A stretch of 64,000 bases of DNA from the NCBI GenBank assembly GCA_963767005.1, contig CAVYCN010000003.1:393576-457575 (forward strand), written 5' to 3'. Source of the DNA: an uncultured Actinomycetes bacterium. GTDB lineage: Bacteria > Actinomycetota > Thermoleophilia > UBA2241. The translations under genes and the position numbers were made by a program. Below, piece by piece: positions 1 to 12,048 of the stretch (position 1 is the stretch's first letter; each line of letters begins with the position of its first letter). Below the pieces are notes generated by a model. It made no database searches. It had not been told where the DNA came from and saw nothing but the letters and a program-made list of their open reading frames with translations.

Positions 1-361
1 CGATCACGCGCACCGGCCAGGTGGCGAGGCCTTCGACGCGGATCTTGCGCTGCAGGCGGTCCTCGACCGCGAGCGGGCGTCGCACCGCCGCCGGCAGGGG
101 CTCGTCACCGAAGTCGCGGTCGAGCGGGTAGGCGAGCACCGAGCCGTCGCGCACGTCGAACTGCGCGTAGTGCAGCGGGCACGTCAGCACGTGACCGGCG
201 AGCGAGCCCTGGTCGAGCGGGGCGTTCATGTGGCCGCAGCGGCGGGCGACCGCGTGGAACGTGCCGTCGCAGTTGGCGAGGGTGGCCTGCACACCGCCGA
301 GCTTGACGAACTTGAGGCCGCCGACGGCGACATCGGCGGCACGGGCGACCTCAGTCCACAC
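1..361 (-). CDS. Rieske [2Fe-2S] ferredoxin-like protein, runs off the window edge (not in ORF track)
   Basis: Manual translation from GTG at 361: MWTEVARAADVAVGGLKFVKLGG...RRCGHMNAPL...LTCPLHYAQFDVRDG. It has the CxH and CPxH Rieske ligand motifs. Confidence 0.85.
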   Translation of the reverse strand, partial: MWTEVARAADVAVGGLKFVKLGGVQATLANCDGTFHAVARRCGHMNAPLDQGSLAGHVLTCPLHYAQFDVRDGSVLAYPLDRDFGDEPLPAAVRRPLAVEDRLQRKIRVEGLATWPVRVI

Positions 362-367
362 CGCCGC

Positions 368-706
368 TCACCCCTCGAGGCCGAGCTCGCTCGCAGGGAT
401 CTGCGGCAGCGAGCTCGGGTCGTCGACGTCGACGTGCACGAACAGGCCGCACCAGCAGCGCCGCATGGCGTCGAAGTGGGCCCGGTGGTACGGGATACAG
501 GGACAGACGATGCGCATGTCGTGGTCGCGCCGGCGCGTGCGACCCTGGCACGGGCAGTAGGGCGCGCCCTTGTTCTCCTCGAGCACGGCCTCCTGCTCGA
601 GCAGAAAGTCGGCGAGCTCGGTGTCGGGCGTGAACTTGTAGCCGAGCGCCGCGACGAGCGGCGTGAAGAACCCGCGCAGGGCGGTCACGCGGGCGTCGTG
701 GGTCAT
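368..706 (-). CDS. Ferredoxin:thioredoxin reductase catalytic subunit-like protein
   Basis: YCPC...VCPC...CWCGLF matches the CPC/CPC/CxC pattern of the FTR catalytic chain; 112 aa. Confidence 0.85.
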   Translation of the reverse strand: MTHDARVTALRGFFTPLVAALGYKFTPDTELADFLLEQEAVLEENKGAPYCPCQGRTRRRDHDMRIVCPCIPYHRAHFDAMRRCWCGLFVHVDVDDPSSLPQIPASELGLEG

Positions 707-963
707 CAGGAGGCGTCCTTCAGGAGCTGGTCGTAGCGCTCCGGCGCGTAGCCGACGACCACCTCGGCGCCGATCTTCACCACCGGATAGGCGCGCGACC
801 CCGACAGGTCGAACGCCTCGTCGGCCAGGCGGTCGCTCTCGTCGTCGGGCAGCAGATCGACATCGACCGCCTCGAAGGCGACGCCGCTGTCCTCAAAGTA
901 CTGCTTGGCCTTGCGGCACCAGGGGCACGTGCTCAGGGCGTAGACGAAGACGCCGTCGTTCAC
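706..963 (-). CDS. Glutaredoxin/NrdH-like redoxin
   Basis: GTG at 963. VYALSTCPWCRKAK active site, cis-Pro motif AYPVV, and VVGY. Its stop overlaps the FTR start. Confidence 0.88.
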   Translation of the reverse strand: MNDGVFVYALSTCPWCRKAKQYFEDSGVAFEAVDVDLLPDDESDRLADEAFDLSGSRAYPVVKIGAEVVVGYAPERYDQLLKDAS

Positions 964-967
964 GGTC

Positions 968-1288
968 TCACACCTCGCTTGGAAGCTCGACGAAGACCTC
1001 GCCGCCGGCGAGGCGCACAGGGTAGGTCGGGATGGCGATCTCGGGGGCCTCGATGAACGCCCCCGTGCGCAGGTCGAAGCGCCAGTCGTGGCACGGGCAG
1101 GTGAGGACGAACCCCTCGCAGCCGCCGGCTTCGAGCGGGCAGGCCATGTGAGCGCAGCGGTTGGCCACCGCGAAGACCCCGCCGTCGACCTTGGCGAGCA
1201 GCAGACCCAGCCCGCGCGGGTAGACGGCGAGCAGCCCACCCTCGCGTAGCGCGGCCTCGTCGGCCACCTTGATCCAGCTGTCGGCCAC
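968..1288 (-). CDS. Rieske [2Fe-2S] ferredoxin
   Basis: NRCAHMACPL...LTCPCHDWRFDLRTG; GGGAGGG RBS upstream. Confidence 0.9.
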   Translation of the reverse strand: MADSWIKVADEAALREGGLLAVYPRGLGLLLAKVDGGVFAVANRCAHMACPLEAGGCEGFVLTCPCHDWRFDLRTGAFIEAPEIAIPTYPVRLAGGEVFVELPSEV

Positions 1289-1452
1289 TGCCCTCCCGGT
1301 CTTATTCGAGCACGCCGATGGCGCCCTCGATCGTGCACGACCTTACCATGCGAAAACGGGGGTCCGCGCCGTTCGCCGCCGCCCGGATGCCGGCTCGCCA
1401 CCGCGGCCGGCGCGCACAGCGGCACGGCGCGCTCGAACGCCGCTCGCCGCGC

Positions 1453-1956
1453 CTACCAGCACTCGCGGTGCACGTGCTCGGCGCGGTAGCGGTCGGCCGG
1501 CCGCTTGCCTTCGGCCGGCCGGCCGACGGCGACCACGGCGAACGGGGTGACCCCGTCGGGCACGCCGAGCAGGGCGCGCAGGCCGGCGACTCGTTCCTCG
1601 AGCGGATGCACGCCGAGCCAGACGGCGCCCAGGCCGATCGTCTCGGCCTCGACCAGCAGGTTCTCGACGGCCGCCGCGCAGTCCTGCTCCCAGAACCGCG
1701 GCCAGCGCAGCCCTTCGGTGGCGCCGCACACCACGATGGCGAGGGGCGCCCGCTCGAGCATGCTCGCGTACGGGTGGAACGTGGTGACGGCACGCAGGGT
1801 GGCCGGGTCGGTGACGAGGACGAAGCGCCAGGGCTGCTGGTTGCCGGCCGAGGGCGCGGCCATGGCGGCTCGCAGGAGCCGCTCGACCTGATCGTCGGGC
1901 ACCGCGTCGCCGGTGTAGGCGCGGATGCTGCGACGGGTCAGGATGGGGTCGTCCAC
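1453..1956 (-). CDS. Nitroreductase family protein
   Basis: ILTRRSIRAY, AAMAAPSAGNQQPWRF and GLGAVWLG motifs; GTG at 1956 follows a GAGGAGG RBS. Confidence 0.9.
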   Translation of the reverse strand: MDDPILTRRSIRAYTGDAVPDDQVERLLRAAMAAPSAGNQQPWRFVLVTDPATLRAVTTFHPYASMLERAPLAIVVCGATEGLRWPRFWEQDCAAAVENLLVEAETIGLGAVWLGVHPLEERVAGLRALLGVPDGVTPFAVVAVGRPAEGKRPADRYRAEHVHRECW

Positions 1957-2080
1957 GGGACTGCCTCCTCGGCTGGCCGGCTCTGCTTTGTAGCAGCGCA
2001 TCGTATCAGCTCGCTTCGGCCGGCAGTGCCGACGAACGACTCGCCGTCGCTCAGGCGGCGTGACTTCGGCGCGCGCCTAG

Positions 2081-4846
<2,766 letters not shown>

Positions 4847-4913
4847 ACCAGCTCGTCGACCGACCCCGCCGTCGCCGCTCAAGGCCGGCACGGCGCCGTC
4901 GCGTGCGCCGCGG

Positions 4914-4968
4914 TCACAGCCGTTCCACAGCGCTCTCCATCCACTCTCTCATCGAACGCGCCCACAAT
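4914..4968 (+). promoter_or_regulatory. Putative OmpR-family direct-repeat site plus -10 element
   Basis: TCACAG (4914), CCACAG (4925) and TCTCAT (4947) fall on an 11-bp register; CACAAT at 4963. Confidence 0.4.
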
Positions 4969-5025
4969 CGCGCGTGTGAGAGCCCACGCCCTCACCGTTC
5001 GTGCAGCAACGAGGAGGCATCGCGC

Positions 5026-5595
5026 ATGAGCCGCAAGACCGTCACCTGGATCGCCGTCGGAGCGCTCGCGGTCGCCGCGGTGATCGTCGCCGCCATCGTC
5101 GCCTACCATGTCGGCGCCAACCACAGCTCCGGTCGCGTCGCCGTGGGCCCGTTCCGCCGCTCGCTCGGCACGCCGGTGCTCCTGCGGACCACCCGCTCGT
5201 TCCCGACCGCCGAGGCCCTCGTGCTGCTACTGATCGGCGGCGGCGTCGGCGTCGCGATCGCCGTGCTCGCCCGGCCCGGCGGCGCGCTTGCCGGCCACCC
5301 GGCGCCGACCCCGCCGGTCGACCCGCGCTGGCGCGAGCTCGACGACTGGCACCGCTGGGCCCACGGATCGCCGGTCCCGCCCGCGAACGACCAGAGCGCG
5401 CCGCCGGCCGCCGCGGCGACGCCCGCCGCGGCCGCTCCGCCCGCTCCACCGGCGCCCTCAGCCGTGCCGCAGACCGAGCCGACCGCGCCGCCCGCCGAGC
5501 CGACCGCGCCGCCGGCTCCTTCGGCACCGCCCGCCAACCCTGCCGCCGGGGCCGAGGGGTCGACACCGCCGGCCCCGCCCACCGAGCCGGCCTGA
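5026..5595 (+). CDS. Hypothetical membrane protein with a Pro/Ala-rich tail
   Basis: GAGGAGG RBS and ATG 5026; two hydrophobic segments, a DDWHRWAH motif and EPTAPPA repeats. Confidence 0.7.
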   Translation: MSRKTVTWIAVGALAVAAVIVAAIVAYHVGANHSSGRVAVGPFRRSLGTPVLLRTTRSFPTAEALVLLLIGGGVGVAIAVLARPGGALAGHPAPTPPVDPRWRELDDWHRWAHGSPVPPANDQSAPPAAAATPAAAAPPAPPAPSAVPQTEPTAPPAEPTAPPAPSAPPANPAAGAEGSTPPAPPTEPA

Positions 5596-5625
5596 GGTGG
5601 TCGATCACGCGGATCGCCGGCGATC

Positions 5626-5664
5626 TCTCAGCACATTCTCAGCCTGGTTCACACGCCGTTCCTG
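5626..5664 (+). promoter_or_regulatory. MprA-box-like direct repeats
   Basis: TCTCAG-N5-TCTCAG-N5-TTCACA-N5-TTCCTG. Confidence 0.5.
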
Positions 5665-5718
5665 CACGGCGGGAACGATCGTCACGATCGGCTCGTCGGT
5701 CGGACACCGGAGGACATC

Positions 5719-6039
5719 ATGCGTAGCGATCCGCACCCAACGCGCGGGCATCGGCTCCCGCTGGCCCTGGCAGGCCTCGCCGCGCTGGCCGTCGCCGCGG
5801 GGCTTGCGCTGCGCGCCGGCGTCGCTTTCGGCGCCACGCACGCCGCGCTCGGCGACCCGCTCGACGGCGGGTTCACCACGGGCCACGGCCTCTCGCCCAC
5901 GATCGCCCTCATCGTCGTCCTCGCCCTGGCAGCTGCCGGCCTGGTGAGCGCGACGGCCTGGTACCTGTCCCACGGGCGTCGCGCAGCGGCGCGCGTGACC
6001 GTGCGTGACGCACGCGGCGCACGCGACCCGCGCGCCTGA
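5719..6039 (+). CDS. Hypothetical small membrane protein
   Basis: GGAGGA RBS; two hydrophobic helices. Confidence 0.65.
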   Translation: MRSDPHPTRGHRLPLALAGLAALAVAAGLALRAGVAFGATHAALGDPLDGGFTTGHGLSPTIALIVVLALAAAGLVSATAWYLSHGRRAAARVTVRDARGARDPRA

Positions 6040-6165
6040 CCCGTCGGACGGCGCCTGCGCACACCAAAGTCGCCGGCGCCGTTCCCTGGCCGGTCGGCCG
6101 CGCAACGGCCGGTAGTACACTGGCGACGACCACGGGGGCACCAACGAGGCGAGGAAGGATCCGAC

Positions 6166-7026
6166 GTGGGTCGCGCCCGGCACCTCTCGATCGGCAGGTT
6201 CGCGGGACTGACCGGCATCTCGGCCAACACGCTGCGCCGCTACGACGAGTGTGGCCTGCTCTCGCCCGCCTTCACCGACCCGCTCACCGGCTACCGCCTG
6301 TACTCGATCGAGCAGCTCGACACGGGGATCGCCATCAGGCTGCTGCGCGACCTCGACGTGCCGCTCGACGACCTGCGCGGGCTGCTGTCGGGCGACCACC
6401 CCGACGACGTCCGCGCCCTCCTCGCCCACCACCGCGAGCGCATCGTCGAGCGGCGTGCCGACCTCGAGCACATCCTGGCCCGCATCGACGCCGTGCTCCA
6501 CGAGGACCACGGACTGCTGCCCTACGAGCTCGAGATCGTCGACCTGGCGCCCGCGTGGGTGGTCAGCCGCCGCCTCACCACGCCCCGGGCCGGCCTCGAC
6601 CCGGCGATCGAACGCGCCCTGGCGGAGCTCGAGGATGAGCTCGCGGCCGGCGGCCTGAAGGCCGCCGGCCGCGAGCTCATCCTCTACGCCAACCCCCTGC
6701 AGTGGTACCAGGGCCTCGATGTCGAGGTGTGCCTGCCCGTCGCCGAGCCGGCGGCCGCGACCTGCGGCGCGCGGCAGCTCGCCGGCGGCCGCGCGGCGCG
6801 TGCCCTCTACCGCGGGCCGTGGGACGACATCTGGCAGGCCTACGCGGCGCTGCTCGCGCAGATCGCGCGGCGCGGCCTCGACGTGTGTGGCCCGGTGCGC
6901 GAGTCGTACCTGGTCGACGAGCGCGACACCGACGATCCGGCGCTCTACCTGACCGAGATCGCCTGGCCGGTGCGGCCCCGGGCGGCCGCCGATGCGGCGG
7001 CCGCCGCATCGTCCGCGCCACCGTGA
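6166..7026 (+). CDS. MerR-family regulator with a GyrI-like effector domain (BmrR-like)
   Basis: LSIGRFAGLTGISANTLRRYD...TGYRLYS; C-terminal YRGPWDDI...ESYLVD...TEIAWPV. Confidence 0.92.
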   Translation: MGRARHLSIGRFAGLTGISANTLRRYDECGLLSPAFTDPLTGYRLYSIEQLDTGIAIRLLRDLDVPLDDLRGLLSGDHPDDVRALLAHHRERIVERRADLEHILARIDAVLHEDHGLLPYELEIVDLAPAWVVSRRLTTPRAGLDPAIERALAELEDELAAGGLKAAGRELILYANPLQWYQGLDVEVCLPVAEPAAATCGARQLAGGRAARALYRGPWDDIWQAYAALLAQIARRGLDVCGPVRESYLVDERDTDDPALYLTEIAWPVRPRAAADAAAAASSAPP

Positions 7027-7028
7027 CC

Positions 7029-7059
7029 TTGACCCTATCGCTGGGCTAAGGTTGACACT
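7029..7059 (+). promoter_or_regulatory. MerR-type promoter with a 19-bp spacer and dyad
   Basis: TTGACC-N19-GACACT; ACCCTA (7032) and TAAGGT (7047) form an imperfect inverted repeat. Confidence 0.7.
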
Positions 7060-7168
7060 GTCGCCGTCGGGGGCAGGAGCGACCGGCATGCCGGTCGAGG
7101 GTCTCGCGGTCCCGACGGTCCGATCAGGCCGACGGACGGCGTGCGCGCCGCCCGCACGAGGGGGGCAC

Positions 7169-8620
7169 ATGACGGAGACAGACCTGCACGCGCACACCGA
7201 CCTGCGCGCGCGATCCGACCTGCACTACCTGACGGCCACCGGCGCGCTCGCGGCTTTTGCGGCCCGCACGCTCTCGCCGGTCGAGCTCATGGAGGCGACG
7301 ATCGCCCGCGTCGAGGACGTCGACGGCGTCGTGAACGCGCTGCCCATCCGCTTGTTCGACGAAGCCCTCGTCGCGGCCCGCGCGGCAGAGGAGCGCTACG
7401 CCGGCCGGCACGGCGGCCCGCGCCCGCTCGAGGGCCTGCCGATCGCGGTCAAGGACGAGGTCGAGGTGGCCGGCCAGCCCTGCACCGCCGGCTCGCTCGT
7501 CTTCAAGGACGAGGTGCCCGACGTGACCGCCGCCAGCGTGCAGCGCGTGATCGACGCCGGCGCTATCATCCACGCACGCTCGGCCACCCCGGAGTTCTGC
7601 TGCGCCGCCGTGACCGAGTCGCGCCTCTGGGGCATCACGCGCAACCCCTGGAACCCGGACTACAGCCCCGGCGGCTCGTCGGGCGGCTCCGGCGCCGCGC
7701 TTGCGGCCGGCATGGCGAGCCTCGCCACCGGCTCCGACATCGGCGGCTCGATCCGCATCCCCGCGGCGTTCTGCGGCGTCGTGGGCTTCAAGCCGCCATA
7801 CGGCCGGATCCCGCAGATGCCGCCCTTCAACCTCGACACCTACTGTCACGAAGGGCCGATGGCGCGCACCGTCGAGGACTGCCGCCTGCTCGAGAACGTC
7901 ATGGCCGGGCCACACCCCGAGGACATCGTCTCGCTGCGCCCCAAGCTGACCATCCCCGCCGAGCTGCCGCCCGTGTCGGGGCTGAAGATCGCCTGCAGCA
8001 TCGACCTCGGTGGCTTCGACGTCGGCGCCGAGGTCGTCGCCGCCGTGCGCGCGGCGGCCGAGACGTTCCGCTCGCTGGGCGCGACCGTCGACGACGTCAC
8101 GCCGGGCTGGTCGCTCGACGACATGCGCGAGGGCGCCCGCGCCCACCTGGGCGCGATCTTCGGTAGCTGGATCGGCGAGGTCGTCGCCGAGTACCGCGAC
8201 CTGCTGACCGACTACGCGCTCGCCTTCGCCGACGACGCGGTCAACCGGCCGACCGTCTCGTGGCTGCGCTCGCTCGAGATCGAGGGCGACGCCTACGACC
8301 ACCTGGCGCCCATCCTGGAGACCCACGATCTGCTGATCTGCCCGACGTTCGTCGAGCCGGCGCTCAGGGCGGGCGTGCCCCACGGCGTCGATGACCTCTT
8401 CACCGAGTCGCTGACGTTCCCGTTCAACATGCTGAGCCGCTGCCCGGTGCTGGTCGTGCCGGCCGGGCGCGCGGCCAACGACGTGCCGATCGGCCTGCAG
8501 ATCGTGGGCCGCACCTACGACGACACCACCGTGTTCGCCGCGGCGGCCGCCTTCGAGCGGGCTCACCCCTGGTACGAGACGATCGCGGACCGGCCCGAGT
8601 GGCCGAGGAGGACGTCATGA
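7169..8620 (+). CDS. Amidase-signature family amidase
   Basis: GLPIAVKD, GGSSGGSGAA and GSDIGGSIRIPA give the Lys-cisSer-Ser triad; ATG 7169. Confidence 0.93.
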   Translation: MTETDLHAHTDLRARSDLHYLTATGALAAFAARTLSPVELMEATIARVEDVDGVVNALPIRLFDEALVAARAAEERYAGRHGGPRPLEGLPIAVKDEVEVAGQPCTAGSLVFKDEVPDVTAASVQRVIDAGAIIHARSATPEFCCAAVTESRLWGITRNPWNPDYSPGGSSGGSGAALAAGMASLATGSDIGGSIRIPAAFCGVVGFKPPYGRIPQMPPFNLDTYCHEGPMARTVEDCRLLENVMAGPHPEDIVSLRPKLTIPAELPPVSGLKIACSIDLGGFDVGAEVVAAVRAAAETFRSLGATVDDVTPGWSLDDMREGARAHLGAIFGSWIGEVVAEYRDLLTDYALAFADDAVNRPTVSWLRSLEIEGDAYDHLAPILETHDLLICPTFVEPALRAGVPHGVDDLFTESLTFPFNMLSRCPVLVVPAGRAANDVPIGLQIVGRTYDDTTVFAAAAAFERAHPWYETIADRPEWPRRTS

Positions 8621-10464
8621 AACGCATGCCCACCACCCGCCGGCTCCTGCTCACCGTCGCCCTGCTGCTCGCGGCCGGCCTGGTCTGGGGCCTCGCCGGC
8701 GCCCTGGCGTCGAGCTCGTCGCCCTCGCCCGCATCGCACAAGGTGGTCCTTCGCCTGGGCTGGATCGCGGAGCCTGACAACCTGAACCCGTTCGTCGGCT
8801 GGGCCACCACGACCTACGAGATCTGGACCGTGAACTACAACTTCCTGTTCGGCTTCGACAGCCAGAGCATGAAGCCGACACTCAGCCTCGCCGCGCAGTT
8901 CCCGACCAAGGCCAACGGCGGCATCTCGGCCGACGGCAAGGTCTGGACGATCCACATCCGCCCCAACGTCAAGTGGTCCGACGGCCAGCCCCTCACGGCG
9001 GCCGACGTCGCCTTCACCTACAACTACATCGTCAAGAACCACATGGCCAACATGGCGCTCACGACGACGGGCATCGCGAGCGCCAAGGAGATCGACCCGA
9101 CCACCGTGCAGATCGTCTGCTCGGAGCCCAAGGCCAACATGGAGGCGATCTTCCTGCCGATCCTGCCCAAGCACGTCTGGGAGCACGTGTCGCCGCAGGC
9201 GGCCGGCACCACCTACTCCGAGATGCCGATCGTCGGCAGCGGTCCCTTCTACACCGTAGCCTTCAAGAAGGGCTCCTACGTCGAGATGAAGCGCAACCCC
9301 TACTACTGGGGCACCCGGCCGACCGTCGACGAGATCTACTTCGAGATGTACCAGGACCCCGCCACCATGGTGCAGGACCTGAAGTCGGGCGCGATCGACG
9401 GCGCCTGGGGCATCCCGGAGGCGCAGTTCAAGCAGCTCCAGGCCGGGTCCCCGAGCACGTCGGGCATCCACACGCTCGCCTACAACTTCTTCAACTGGGA
9501 CTACCTCGACTGCAACTGCTCGACGTCGTCCGCCTCGACCGGCAACCCAGTGCTGCGTGACGCGCGGTTCCGCCAGGCCCTGAACTACGCGATCGACCGC
9601 AGCAAGCTCTGCGCCGTCGCCTACGACGGCCTGGCCGCGCCGGCCACGACCATCATGCCGCCCGACACGTGGTCCGACCCCGACTACCACTGGCAGCCGC
9701 CGGCCGACCAGGCCTACACCTTCGACCAAGCCAAGGCGAACCAGCTGCTCGACGCCGCCGGCTACAAACGCGGCGCGAACGGTCTGCGGCTCTACAAGGG
9801 CAAGCCGATCGTCCTGCGCCTGGCCACGACGACCGACTTCCCCGAGGGCCAGACCGAGGCCAAGCTCATCGCCGGCTGGTTCGACAAGCTCGGCCTCAAG
9901 GCCAACATCTCGGTGCTCGACACCGGCGCCCTGCTGGCCCGCGTGTTCAACTTCAAGGGCGCCACGTTCGCGCCCGACTTCGACTTCTACCTCTCCGACT
10001 GGGCCGGCTACGGCGATCCCGGCGAGACCCTCACGTCGTTCACGGCGGCCGAGATCGGCGCCACCAACGAGCCGGCCTGGTCCGACCCGGCGTTCGACAA
10101 GCTGAACGCGCAACAGTCGGCCGCGCTCGACCCGACCACGCGTCAGCAGCTCATCTGGCGGATGCAGCAGATCTTCTACCAGCAGTCGCCGCAGATCGTG
10201 CTCGTCTACCCCGAGTACCTCGAGGCCTACAACACGTCGCGCTGGACCGGCTGGACGCCGATGTTCCACGGCCGCGGTCCGGCCTGGATGACGACCGCGA
10301 CCACCGAGTCGTACGTCAACCTCAAGCCGGTCACGGGCAAGGCCGGTAGCAGCGGGAGCGGCACCAGGACGATCCTCATCGTCGTGGTGGCCGCCGTCGT
10401 CGTCGCCATCCTGGCGATCGTCGCCCTGACGCGCCGTCGCCGCACCCAGGAGGTCGAGGCCTGA
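8617..10464 (+). CDS. Family 5 (peptide/nickel-type) ABC solute-binding protein with a C-terminal membrane anchor
   Basis: Signal peptide, KWSDGQPLTAADVAFTY, GSGPF and RQALNYAIDR; C-terminal TM helix followed by RRRR. ATGA overlap with the amidase. Confidence 0.92.
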   Translation: MKRMPTTRRLLLTVALLLAAGLVWGLAGALASSSSPSPASHKVVLRLGWIAEPDNLNPFVGWATTTYEIWTVNYNFLFGFDSQSMKPTLSLAAQFPTKANGGISADGKVWTIHIRPNVKWSDGQPLTAADVAFTYNYIVKNHMANMALTTTGIASAKEIDPTTVQIVCSEPKANMEAIFLPILPKHVWEHVSPQAAGTTYSEMPIVGSGPFYTVAFKKGSYVEMKRNPYYWGTRPTVDEIYFEMYQDPATMVQDLKSGAIDGAWGIPEAQFKQLQAGSPSTSGIHTLAYNFFNWDYLDCNCSTSSASTGNPVLRDARFRQALNYAIDRSKLCAVAYDGLAAPATTIMPPDTWSDPDYHWQPPADQAYTFDQAKANQLLDAAGYKRGANGLRLYKGKPIVLRLATTTDFPEGQTEAKLIAGWFDKLGLKANISVLDTGALLARVFNFKGATFAPDFDFYLSDWAGYGDPGETLTSFTAAEIGATNEPAWSDPAFDKLNAQQSAALDPTTRQQLIWRMQQIFYQQSPQIVLVYPEYLEAYNTSRWTGWTPMFHGRGPAWMTTATTESYVNLKPVTGKAGSSGSGTRTILIVVVAAVVVAILAIVALTRRRRTQEVEA

Positions 10465-10494
10465 TCGTCTGACGGCCTGACCCGGGCGGAAAGC

Positions 10495-10538
10495 CGCGGC
10501 GCGGGGCCGGCGCCTGGTGGCGCCGGCCCCGCGCCGCG
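10495..10538 (+). terminator. GC-rich hairpin, probable terminator
   Basis: 20-bp perfect stem with a TGGT loop just after the SBP stop. Confidence 0.6.
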
Positions 10539-10731
10539 CCCGTTTCGGCCTGCCTTCTCGCCGGACGGCGCGACAGGGGCGTGCGTCACGGGAGCGGCCC
10601 CGCCTCCCTTCCCTCGCCCCCGGCGGCGCGCGTAGACTGCGGGGCGACAGTCCGACGCGCCCGCCGCCGGCGTGCCCCCGCTCCGACAGCACGCCGCCGG
10701 TACCCGCGTCTTCGACCCGCAAGGAGGCTAC

Positions 10732-12048
10732 ATGCGCGTACTGGTTGTCGGCGGCGGCGGTCGCGAGCACGCCCTGGTCCACGCTTTCTGCGCCTCGCCG
10801 CTGGCCACGCAGGTGTTCTGCGCCCCGGGCAACGCCGGCATCGACCAGGAGGCCGACCCCGTCGCGCTCGACGGTGGCGACCTCGAGGGCCTGCTCGCCT
10901 TCGCCCGGCGCGAGAAGATCGACCTGACGGTCGTCGGGCCCGAGGCGCCGCTCGTCGCCGGCATCGCCGACCTGTTCGCCGAGCACGGCCTGCTCGTCTT
11001 TGGCCCCACCCGCGAGGCGGCGCGCCTCGAGGGCAGCAAGGTCTTCGCCAAAGAGGTCATGGCCGACGCCGGCGTGGCCAGCGGCCGCTACCGCCGCCAC
11101 GACGACCTGAGCGCCGCCCTGCGCGACGTCGCCTCGCAGGACGTCTGGCCGCTCGTGGTCAAAGCCGACGGCCTGGCCGCCGGCAAGGGCGTGATCATCT
11201 GCAACGATTGCGGAGAGGCCGAGGCGGCCGTGCGGCTCTGCCTGGCCGAACGCGCCTTCGGCGAGGCCGGCGACGCCGTGCTGCTCGAGGAGCACCTGAG
11301 CGGCCCCGAGGTCTCGCTGCTCGCCCTCTGCGACGGCACCAGCGTGGTGCCGATGGCGCCGGCCCAGGACTACAAGCGCATCTTCGCCGGCGACCAGGGA
11401 CCCAACACCGGCGGCATGGGCAGCTACTGTCCCGTGCCCGGCTTCACGCCCGACGTGGCCGAGACGGTGGCCGAGGACCTCTTCCGGCCGGTGCTCGAGG
11501 CGCTCAAGCGACGCGGCGTCGACTATCGCGGCGTGCTCTACGGCGGCCTGATCGTGACCGACCACGGCGTCAAGCTGCTCGAGTTCAACTGTCGCTTCGG
11601 CGACCCCGAGACGCAGGCGATCCTGCCGCGGCTCGAATCCGACCTGCTCGAAGCCTGCCTGGCGACCGCCCGCGGCGAGCTCGACCCGGCGATGCTGCGT
11701 TTCAGGCCGGAAGCGTGCGTGTCGATCGTCATGGCCTCGCGCGGCTACCCGGCCTCGAGCTCGAAGGGCGACGTCATCACCGGCCTCTCCGAAGCGGCGG
11801 CGCTGCCCGACGTGACGATCTACCACGCGGCTACCGCGGTGCGCGGCAACGACATCGTCACCGCGGGGGGTCGCGTGCTGGCCGTGAGCGGCCTGGGCGA
11901 GCACTTCGCCGCGGCGCGCGAGCGCGCCTACGGCGCGCTCGCGCGCATCTCGTTCGCGGGCATGCAGTCGCGTCGCGACATCGCCGAGCGGGCCGTGCGC
12001 GCCGAGGCCGGCGAGATCGCGCTCTTCCCGGCGACGTGGGCTCGCTGA
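10732..12048 (+). CDS. purD: Phosphoribosylamine-glycine ligase
   Basis: GGGGREHAL, VGPEAPL, KADGLAAGKGV, GPNTGGMG and EFNCRFGDPETQ; AAGGAGG RBS. Confidence 0.98.
   Translation: MRVLVVGGGGREHALVHAFCASPLATQVFCAPGNAGIDQEADPVALDGGDLEGLLAFARREKIDLTVVGPEAPLVAGIADLFAEHGLLVFGPTREAARLEGSKVFAKEVMADAGVASGRYRRHDDLSAALRDVASQDVWPLVVKADGLAAGKGVIICNDCGEAEAAVRLCLAERAFGEAGDAVLLEEHLSGPEVSLLALCDGTSVVPMAPAQDYKRIFAGDQGPNTGGMGSYCPVPGFTPDVAETVAEDLFRPVLEALKRRGVDYRGVLYGGLIVTDHGVKLLEFNCRFGDPETQAILPRLESDLLEACLATARGELDPAMLRFRPEACVSIVMASRGYPASSSKGDVITGLSEAAALPDVTIYHAATAVRGNDIVTAGGRVLAVSGLGEHFAAARERAYGALARISFAGMQSRRDIAERAVRAEAGEIALFPATWAR

Noticed and set aside
6110-6185. ZTP (pfl) riboswitch-like fragments (ACTGGCG...CCAC.GGGG)
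   Set aside because: No GTGG partner strand or CGCCTGGGC 3' hairpin; better explained as a TACACT -10 and leader of the MerR gene.
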